A DNA stretch of 64,000 nucleotides from an uncultured Woeseiaceae bacterium (GTDB lineage: Bacteria; Pseudomonadota; Gammaproteobacteria; Steroidobacterales; Woeseiaceae). The DNA is taken from assembly GCA_964446495.1 (NCBI GenBank), contig CAYUOY010000001.1:17735-81734 (forward strand), written 5' to 3'. Shown one piece after another: positions 39,701-45,747 of the stretch (position 1 is its first letter; each line of letters opens with the position of its first letter). The position numbers and the translations under genes were made by a program. Under the pieces are notes generated by a model, which saw nothing but the letters and a program-made list of their open reading frames with translations, ran no database searches and was not told the origin of the DNA.

Positions 39701-40090
39701 ATCACGATACTGGACCATGGTATCGGTGTAACTACCAATACCCGAGAGCTGCCGCGCCGCAAACTCGCACTGAAATGAGTTCTTGGCGATGAATTGTGTT
39801 TCGTTACCGTCGCAGACCGGCAATGTATCCACATCGGTCCAGAACAGGGCGCCGGCATCACAACTGCCGGGATAGGGTACGGCACTGTCATACGGTTCGA
39901 CGGTCGTTTCGTTCGAGTTCATGCTGCCGGACGTATCCAGGATGAACATCACGTTCGGCTTCGGGTTCAACGAAGGGTCCGGGTTGATCAACAGCAATTC
40001 GGTATCGTCAGCTATTGCCGGCGTGCCGAGCAACAGCGTCAGAGAGCAACTGAGACTCATCCATGTGGTTTTTCTTGCAGAGATCATCAT
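36743..40090 (-). CDS. pilY1: PilY1-family pilus tip adhesin/biogenesis protein, copy A (vWA domain + PilC/PilY1 beta-propeller)
   Basis: Signal peptide ..LLGTPAIA/DD. NVMFILDTSGSMN and FNVLLTDGAPTQD. ..FGMRRGGTTYYALDVT.., DMNGDNFAD ..LGGQIWRFD. Collinear over its full length with copy B, including the shared C-terminus ..ANNPVRTLWTQDG. Confidence 0.9.
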   Translation of the reverse strand: MMISARKTTWMSLSCSLTLLLGTPAIADDTELLLINPDPSLNPKPNVMFILDTSGSMNSNETTVEPYDSAVPYPGSCDAGALFWTDVDTLPVCDGNETQFIAKNSFQCEFAARQLSGIGSYTDTMVQYRDAGTGATSWQYLEPGDNSNSVECRADRGTHGDGTPGEVYAASASGATPWTSDSTQELSWGSAPRNLSYTVFDGNYLNWKSSPNTISLSRTQIMKIVTTKVLDSINNLNVGVMRFNQTQGGPVLLGLTDLDTNRQVILDTIDGLDANGWTPLSETLYENALYWTGAPAWYGEQVSEYTTDPGALFSTGPEVYQSPTLDSCAKNFNVLLTDGAPTQDDDGPVRAPTLPNFTSVLGRSSCNGSGQGQCLDDIAEYLGKVDTNTALDGNQTVVTHTIGFSVDLDILRNTAIASGGSYFLADDVESLTIALLRIVGEINDRSLSFSAPAVSVNTFNRTRNLNDLYLTMFGARGKAHWPGNLKKYGISDGVIVDDNDLPAVDPLTGFFFDSARSIWTAGANDGSDVRLGGAANVLPNFSSRNLFTNNGVSVNLAGGTNAITTGNAMAFTDADFGLTGATGEPSKSDIIRWMRGEDVRDEDGNPATTQRFAMGDPLHSQPAAVVYGGTAANPDVVVYTATNDGYLHAINGTTGVELWSFVPKQLLSNMTRLFFDPSAKFKQYGLDGNIVPIVKDVDKDGVIESSDGDFVRILFGMRRGGTTYYALDVTDKNSPDLLWTRTLANAGESWSTPVVARMDINDSGLNSDKAVVVIGGGYDTVHDTSGHPVTADAVGAGIHILDLESGATLWNGGASSSGTTKQFTAMTRAMPNQIRVADMNGDNFADRMYTSDLGGQIWRFDIVKGATPANLVNGGVIAQVGAEGLGAPGAADTRRFYSAPDLSIFSDPQQGRRYISISIGSGYRARPFDLTASDRFFSIRDPNVFNQLNQSEYDSYTVITDSDLVEISGQTEVVVGSGMAGWKFTLPGNQKVLADSVTFDDEVFFVSFTPDTLAAASCSAGRGTNFLYRVKVVNGDPVVNNLDSIAPGDEDIARRTTLAQGGIAPSPTILFPSPESNCTGAACSPPPILCIGVECNEPGFANNPVRTLWTQDGIE

Positions 40091-40125
40091 GATTCTCCCT
40101 TAATTCAGCGGTCGGTTCGACGTAT

Positions 40126-40467
40126 CTAAAGTGTTATCGACACGGATGTAATCGTGTCTGATTCAAGATTGCGCAGGACAATAATCATTTCATGATTACG
40201 ATTGCGAACAGTGGCAAGCATCTTTCGAAAATCGCTCAATTCCATTGGCGAATTATTGCGCAGGTAGCGGGTCTCGCTGGTTACGCGATAGGAGTGCGTA
40301 ACGCATCCGGTACACTCACTGAATGACAGTACGCCGTTGCTGCTTGCTGGCATACGAAATTCACTCAGCGCTACTTCGTGCGCCAGATCAATCGTGTCGA
40401 AGTCGGCGCCCGCCGGCAGACTGAATACGAGGGCGATGCTAAGTATCAGTGTTCTGTATTTGGTCAT
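40126..40467 (-). CDS. small exported CxxC protein encoded immediately upstream of pilY1 copy A (uncharacterised)
   Basis: ATG 40467. Signal peptide MTKYRTLILSIALVFSLPAGA/DFD. GVLSFSECTGCVTH..MELSDFRK.. parallels SRLSFKSCEDCEY..MKLADFRQ.. of the other copy. Confidence 0.65.
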   Translation of the reverse strand: MTKYRTLILSIALVFSLPAGADFDTIDLAHEVALSEFRMPASSNGVLSFSECTGCVTHSYRVTSETRYLRNNSPMELSDFRKMLATVRNRNHEMIIVLRNLESDTITSVSITL

Positions 40468-40504
40468 TGGTCTTACTCCCAATCCCTGGTGATTCGGTTG
40501 ATAT

Positions 40505-40978
40505 CTAAAGAGTCTGGTCCTCAGGACCGACTACATAAAAAGCTTGTGAGTGGACCGCAGAAGCGTCGCGATCTGTCGTGCCACCACCGCCTGCAATTCG
40601 TCGTGACACGGCCGTCGATGTTGAATTGAAATGGTAGGCAGCAATGCCACTGCCAACGCCCAGGCTAAACGCCCGATCGGGCACCATCGTGGCATCCTCA
40701 AAGACGATGACCGCCGTATAAGATTCGTTTGCATTGACATTCTGGGTCAACGTAACGTTATTCAGTGTGTCAAATTGCCCTTGTGCAATCGATTGCTCCA
40801 GACCTGTCTCTGCGGCCTGAAAAGCATTTTCGTTATTCTGGTCATTACGCGCCATGGCAATTTCAGTGGTAGCAGTATTCATACCCGAAATGGCGAGCAC
40901 CGTAATAACGACCAGCAAAATAAGGCCTACAACCAGTGCGGCACCATTCTGTGTTCGTTTTAAAGGGTATTTTTTCAT
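40505..40978 (-). CDS. pilX: type IV pilus minor pilin/assembly protein PilX
   Basis: MKKYPLKRTQNGAALVVGLILLVVITVLAISGMNTATTEIAMARN.., a PilX-type N-terminus lacking Glu5. Position between pilW and pilY1. Confidence 0.8.
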   Translation of the reverse strand: MKKYPLKRTQNGAALVVGLILLVVITVLAISGMNTATTEIAMARNDQNNENAFQAAETGLEQSIAQGQFDTLNNVTLTQNVNANESYTAVIVFEDATMVPDRAFSLGVGSGIAAYHFNSTSTAVSRRIAGGGGTTDRDASAVHSQAFYVVGPEDQTL

Positions 40979-41000
40979 TGTCTGAGCCTGTGATTTCTCA

Positions 41001-42002
41001 TTAAGATCTGGCGTTACGCAACAGTATGGTCTTCGATACGATCAGACGTCGAAACTCATCGTTCGGTACGCCGAGACCTACGTCTCCTGGAGTGTAATCA
41101 GTTGTATCCACGATTCCGGTTTCCACTGAAATCGAACGAACGACCAGCCAAACTCGTGCGGTCATCACTCTGGCGGTTGGCACCCAGCCGGCGTTGGCGG
41201 GGTTAAGCACCGGGTCGCCCGGGTTTACGTAACGATCGACGGTATTGTCGCCGTCCATGTCAACGCCGAACTGTATCTGCATGTTCTCAACACCGGGTGC
41301 GACTTCAATATCGGTAATTTGCGGCGCACCGCCACTGACACCGAGTGTTTTTCGACGTAAAGTCGGCACGCCCGGGATCAACGTTGAGCTGGCGGCGACG
41401 TAGTAGGAGTTGATGAGTAAGTTGTGAGTTTCCGATGTCAGTGCATCAAACCCGGGCGGTATCTGGCCGTCGTCCATAATTTGACCTTGCAGGCGCGTCG
41501 ACTGAATCTGTAGTCGTCCCTCACCGGGCACGAGAGCCGCCGCGAATACACTTGCCCGTCGCGTCGTCACTGTGTCGGAATTTGCTTGCGCACCACCGGC
41601 CCCGGTTGCCGCACAAGTCAATGCGTAGGCATTGTTGTCACCTTCAATCGGCCGAGTCAGGTCGAGTATCCAGTCAGCACCGCAACTGTTGTCCAGTGTC
41701 AGTCCGTAAGGATTGTTGTCCCCATTTATCGACCGGCCTTCAACCGTGTCGCCACGACTGTTTCGACCAAAATTGCTGGCCATGCGCAGGTCGGCCTCAA
41801 TGGTATCCATCGCGAATTGTGCCGTTTCCTGCACGCGTGCGATGGAGTCATTGATAATGTAGGCGTGACGACTCTGACTGTATATCTGGACTGAACCAAC
41901 CATCAGAAATGAGCCAATGGCGAGTGACACCATGAGTTCTATCAGCGTGAGGCCGGCCATGCGGCGGTACGATGTGTGCTTTCGAAGCTGCCTGCTATTC
42001 AT
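41001..42002 (-). CDS. pilW: type IV pilus minor pilin PilW
   Basis: ..RRMAG/LTLIELMVSLAIGSFLMVGSVQIY..ARVQETAQFAMDTIEADLRMA... The size (333 aa) and position are typical of PilW. Confidence 0.85.
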   Translation of the reverse strand: MNSRQLRKHTSYRRMAGLTLIELMVSLAIGSFLMVGSVQIYSQSRHAYIINDSIARVQETAQFAMDTIEADLRMASNFGRNSRGDTVEGRSINGDNNPYGLTLDNSCGADWILDLTRPIEGDNNAYALTCAATGAGGAQANSDTVTTRRASVFAAALVPGEGRLQIQSTRLQGQIMDDGQIPPGFDALTSETHNLLINSYYVAASSTLIPGVPTLRRKTLGVSGGAPQITDIEVAPGVENMQIQFGVDMDGDNTVDRYVNPGDPVLNPANAGWVPTARVMTARVWLVVRSISVETGIVDTTDYTPGDVGLGVPNDEFRRLIVSKTILLRNARS

Positions 42003-42005
42003 TGT

Positions 42006-42500
42006 TTATATTCCAAAGACCGGGATGGTGATTCGGTATTGTGGTGGAGGATTCTGCCCCGCCTCAGTCCAGGCAATGGTGATCTGATAGGTGTTTGGCA
42101 CAACCGCATTGTCCAGGACAATATTTACGGTACCACCGGGCAAAGTGTCGCCGGCCTGCAATGCCCACAGGAAGATATCCTGTTGAGCCATCTCCGCCGG
42201 CGTGCAATCAATGCCGCCATTGACACAGTTGTTGTCGACTCCACCGACGACATAGCCGGCACCGGCGCGCGGATTCGCGCGAATGCGATCAGCAACATCT
42301 CCGGCCAGCGTGACAGCGTGATGTCGAAACAATGACGTTCGACCGGCTTGCATCGTGTGCACGTAAAGACCGGCGATCCCGAGCATTCCTACCGACATGA
42401 TGACCAGCGCTATCAGGACTTCGACAAGCGAAAAGCCAGCCGCTGATTTCTTGATGCATTTGATTCGATTCAATTTCACTGCTCTGCTCTCAAATTTCAT
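42006..42500 (-). CDS. pilV: type IV pilus minor pilin PilV
   Basis: ..KKSAAG/FSLVEVLIALVIMSVGMLGIAGL... ATG 42500 was chosen; the track start at 42521 is TTG directly abutting the fimU stop. Confidence 0.8.
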   Translation of the reverse strand: MKFESRAVKLNRIKCIKKSAAGFSLVEVLIALVIMSVGMLGIAGLYVHTMQAGRTSLFRHHAVTLAGDVADRIRANPRAGAGYVVGGVDNNCVNGGIDCTPAEMAQQDIFLWALQAGDTLPGGTVNIVLDNAVVPNTYQITIAWTEAGQNPPPQYRITIPVFGI

Positions 42501-42521
42501 TTGCAGGAATAGGGTTGCCAA

Positions 42522-43115
42522 CTACGGGCAACCTCCTTGTGCGTCAATCTGGTCTTTGTCTCGCAGAACCGTGGCACGACCAATTGGCGTAATGATCAAA
42601 ACTCTGGCCGCGGAATCGTTGGCGCCCACCACAACCACGTTGCCGCGGTCGTCACAAATTCGTGCCGCCGATAGCGCTGTTCCATTGACATTGCCGCGCC
42701 CGAGACCGGTCCCTGCAAAACTGAAGTAGGTGGCACCACCGTTAGTTACTATGTTCAGTCCGGTATCGATGGCGGGAAAAGCCTTTAGAACATTTTCAGT
42801 CGCAACATCGCGTGCTGCCGCCGGAGCATTGATGTCAGCGAATATGATCCAGCCATCATCGAAGGTGCCATCACAAGCTGCGGCGGCGGTCATTGGTGCC
42901 AGGCTGCCGCAAATCGTAATGTTGTTCTTGGATCTGGCCGCTTCAGAGCGCGCCAGGTACAAGCTCGAATGGAGATCATTGGCCGTCGCTGTAACGCGAC
43001 TGTTCTGTGTGAAAGCGGTGAGGTTTGGCAGACCAAGGCCCAGAACCACGCCTGCAATCAACATCGTGATCAGCAATTCGTAGAGTGTGAAGCCGTTCTG
43101 GTATCGATTTTTCAT
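42522..43115 (-). CDS. fimU: GspH/FimT-family minor pilin FimU
   Basis: MKNRYQNG/FTLYELLITMLIAGVVLGLGLPNLTAFTQNSRVTATANDLHSSLYLARSEA.. First gene of the co-directional block fimU-pilV-pilW-pilX. Confidence 0.8.
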   Translation of the reverse strand: MKNRYQNGFTLYELLITMLIAGVVLGLGLPNLTAFTQNSRVTATANDLHSSLYLARSEAARSKNNITICGSLAPMTAAAACDGTFDDGWIIFADINAPAAARDVATENVLKAFPAIDTGLNIVTNGGATYFSFAGTGLGRGNVNGTALSAARICDDRGNVVVVGANDSAARVLIITPIGRATVLRDKDQIDAQGGCP

Positions 43116-43158
43116 GCGGGCAATATACGCCCGGGTTCCAGCTTCTGTCGGTGTATCC

Positions 43159-43167
43159 GACTAACGG
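43159..43167 (-). promoter_or_regulatory. possible AlgR-type binding motif upstream of fimU
   Basis: On the minus strand CCGTTAGTC lies ~45 bp upstream of the fimU ATG. It differs at one position from the P. aeruginosa AlgR core CCGTTCGTC. Confidence 0.25.
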
Positions 43168-43212
43168 TAAAAGATGAGCGACAGGCGGTCCGAAACACAC
43201 CATTGACTTAAC

Positions 43213-43752
43213 TTAACGCGCACATTGGTAGGCCTTGCCGCGGGTATTCTTGCGGGCAACGCGGGGCCTACCGGTATAACTGATCACAACGGCCCGTGAT
43301 TCTGCCCGGTTGCTACGATCGCATATCGTCAGCGTGCCGTTGGTTGCGCGCAAATGCGTGGAACGAAACGAGAACGCCGCCCTGTTTGACCGAATTTGTG
43401 CTGTGGCGCCGACCTTGTGATGGCTAATAAGTGTTTCACTGTCATTCCGCAAGGCCAACCCGGTACGCCCCCTGTTGACGAATACGATCCAGCCTTGCGA
43501 CCAATCCCCCTCCGGGTCGCAGTAGCGAGCGTCAGCGCTCGGACAGATGGTGACGACGCGCCGCCGTACAATAGATTCCTGACGGGCCCTGTGAACCGCG
43601 TGAAAGAGGGCGGTAGACTCGACGAGGAGGCGTTTATCGGCGGCGAGATGACCGAAAGAGGGCACGCCCAGGCCGAGAATAATGGCTGCGAGCCCCAGTG
43701 TCATGATCAATTCATAAAGGCTGTAGCCCATCTGCCGGTACCGTTGATTCAT
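43213..43752 (-). CDS. fimT: GspH/FimT-family minor pilin FimT
   Basis: ATG 43752 preceded by GGGAGG. MNQRYRQMG/YSLYELIMTLGLAAIILGLGVPSFGHLAADKRL... Basic C-terminal tail ..YTGRPRVARKNTRGKAYQCAR. Confidence 0.8.
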   Translation of the reverse strand: MNQRYRQMGYSLYELIMTLGLAAIILGLGVPSFGHLAADKRLLVESTALFHAVHRARQESIVRRRVVTICPSADARYCDPEGDWSQGWIVFVNRGRTGLALRNDSETLISHHKVGATAQIRSNRAAFSFRSTHLRATNGTLTICDRSNRAESRAVVISYTGRPRVARKNTRGKAYQCAR

Positions 43753-43853
43753 CGCGAACCTCCCTGTCCAAGAAGGTGAGGTTACTGCAGAGAGGAAACC
43801 CGGCAGCGTATAGAAACAGGGGAAAACGAGGCATTTTGCTGACCATCGGGCCA

Positions 43854-43869
43854 AATGAGAACGATTTTC
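43854..43869 (+). promoter_or_regulatory. possible Fur-box-like operator upstream of the fur-family gene
   Basis: AATGAGAACGATTTTC versus the consensus core AATGATAATCATTATC (12 of 16 positions), ~45 bp upstream of ATG 43911. Confidence 0.3.
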
Positions 43870-43910
43870 GCTTATACTGCCAGATTGGACTCAATCTAAA
43901 GGATCTGCCG

Positions 43911-44318
43911 ATGTCTCGATCGGACATTCAGGCCCGAATGGACAAATTCGGAATCGCAGCAACGCCACAACGGCTTGAAGTTGCAGGCGTTCTCCTGGAG
44001 AAACCACAGCATTTGGCCGCGGACCAGATCCTCGCCACGCTACGGAAAAATGGCAGCCGGGTATCCAAAGCCACGGTTTACAACACCCTGCATCTGTTTG
44101 CTGAAAAAGGGTTGGTGCGGGCGCTGAACGTGGATCCAAGCCGCACCTTTTATGATTCTACGACCCACCCGCACCACCATTTTTACCATGTAGGCATGCG
44201 TGAACTGAGTGACATTCCCGATGAGCAGATTCGAATCCTTGATCTGCCGCCGTTGCCGAAGGGCACGGAATTGGAGAATGTCGAAGTCCTCGTGAAAATT
44301 CGCGACAGACAGATCTAG
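43911..44318 (+). CDS. Fur-family transcriptional regulator lacking the CxxC structural-zinc motifs (Irr-like or Cys-less Fur type)
   Basis: MSRSDIQARMDKFGIAATPQRLEVAGVLLEKPQHLAADQILATL....VSKATVYNTLHLFAEKGLV (winged helix). Histidine cluster THPHHHFYHV where Fur has HHHDHLIC. No cysteine in the protein. Confidence 0.75.
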   Translation: MSRSDIQARMDKFGIAATPQRLEVAGVLLEKPQHLAADQILATLRKNGSRVSKATVYNTLHLFAEKGLVRALNVDPSRTFYDSTTHPHHHFYHVGMRELSDIPDEQIRILDLPPLPKGTELENVEVLVKIRDRQI

Positions 44319-44452
44319 CAGCCTGTTGAAAAAACCTGTCTTTCGGCAGACCGCAGAGGAATTTGGCCGCCGCGCTGGTGGTCAAGAGTTGGCAGCGCTA
44401 TACTCTCGCGCCGCCAGTTGTCGCGATCGCGATTCGCTGAAAATTCTTTTTA

Positions 44453-44528
44453 GCCGGTATAGCTCAGTTGGTAGAGCGCCACATTCGTAATGTGGAAGTC
44501 AGGTGTTCGAATCACCTTACCGGCACCA
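44453..44528 (+). tRNA. tRNA-Thr (anticodon CGT)
   Basis: GCCGGTA acceptor stem pairs with TACCGGC before ACCA. D arm GCTC/AGTTGGTA/GAGC. Anticodon stem CCACA/TGTGG with loop TTCGTAA. T arm AGGTG/TTCGAAT/CACCT. Confidence 0.9.
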
Positions 44529-44565
44529 TTTCCTCTATAAAAGCAGTCGAAAGGCAAAGCATCAT

Positions 44566-45588
44566 TCAGCCGATTTCATCGATTTTTTCGAGCCACCGGG
44601 TCTTGCTGGCATCATCCAGAAAGCTGGCGCCAAAGCCGTTCCTGAGCAATTGTATGACCTGTTCACGACTCGGCCGCAACGCCTCAATGATCGCCGCAAA
44701 ATTCCGATTCAAATATCCACCGAAATAAGCCGGGTCATCCGAATTAATTGTGACCACTAAACCTTGATCGAGTAACTCCAGCAAAGGGTGCTGGTGCATG
44801 GACTCATAGAGACACAAGCGTATATTCGAAAGTGGGCAGACGGTCAGTGGAATCTGTGCGCGGGCAATCTCGGCCAGCAAATCAGCGTCTTCCGTAATGC
44901 GTACTCCATGATCGATTCGGGATACCTGTAATTGCTCCACGGCCTGGCGAATATAGTCAGGCGGGCCCTCTTCTCCGGCATGTGCCACAGTCTTCAGTCC
45001 GGCATCACGCGCCCTTTCGAATACCTCGCCAAAGAGGCGGGGCGGAAAATCACGTTCGGCAGAATCAAGTCCCACGCCATCGATGCGATCCAGCCAGGGC
45101 TCGGCCAGGCGCCAGGTTGACAAGGCATCGTCAGCCGACAAATGGCGGAGATAACACATGATGAGGCGGCTGCTGATATTCAGTTTAGTTTTCGCCTCTG
45201 ACAATGCTCCGTGAATTCCGTCGATGACCACTTTGAATGGAATACCACGGCAGGTATGACTTTGGGGGTCGAAGAAGATCTCTGTGTGGACGATATTCTC
45301 TGCATTGCATTGCTTAAGATAGGCCCAGGTCAAGTCGAAAAAATCCTGTTCCGTTTGCAGAACCTCGGTTGCCTGATAATACAAATCGAGAAACGATTGC
45401 AGGTCCTTGAACGCGTACAGCGCTTTGAGTTCCTCTGTCGAGGTGAAGGGCAGGTCGATCCGATTGCGTCGCGCCATTTGCATGACCATCTCTGGCTCCA
45501 GGCTGCCTTCTATGTGCAGGTGCAGCTCGGCTTTCGGCAGGCGCCTTACGAGGTCAGTCAGTTCGGTCGAGTTGTTCATGGATGGCAT
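44566..45588 (-). CDS. adenosine-deaminase-superfamily enzyme, probably adenine deaminase type
   Basis: LPKAELHLHIEGSLEPE (metal-binding HxH) and ..VTINSDDPAYFGGYL.., the motif shared with fungal and Pseudomonas-type adenine deaminases. ATG 45588 was chosen; ATG 45579 is also possible. Confidence 0.8.
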   Translation of the reverse strand: MPSMNNSTELTDLVRRLPKAELHLHIEGSLEPEMVMQMARRNRIDLPFTSTEELKALYAFKDLQSFLDLYYQATEVLQTEQDFFDLTWAYLKQCNAENIVHTEIFFDPQSHTCRGIPFKVVIDGIHGALSEAKTKLNISSRLIMCYLRHLSADDALSTWRLAEPWLDRIDGVGLDSAERDFPPRLFGEVFERARDAGLKTVAHAGEEGPPDYIRQAVEQLQVSRIDHGVRITEDADLLAEIARAQIPLTVCPLSNIRLCLYESMHQHPLLELLDQGLVVTINSDDPAYFGGYLNRNFAAIIEALRPSREQVIQLLRNGFGASFLDDASKTRWLEKIDEIG

Positions 45589-45644
45589 GCTAGCAGACTG
45601 TGGCGAATGAATTGTGGGTGACGAGATCACCACGGTGCAGAAGG

Positions 45645-45672
45645 GAAAAACCCCGCACCTTTCGGTGCGGGG
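45645..45672 (-). terminator. intrinsic terminator downstream of the lipoprotein gene
   Basis: CCCCGCACC-gaaa-GGTGCGGGG hairpin followed by TTTTT when read on the minus strand, ~75 nt after the stop at 45748. Confidence 0.75.
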
Positions 45673-45747
45673 TCGGGCTCTGTATCGCTGCAGTTTCGGA
45701 GCACATGACCGCGCCAGTAAAGAGCGGGATGTACCGGCAGCTGCTGT

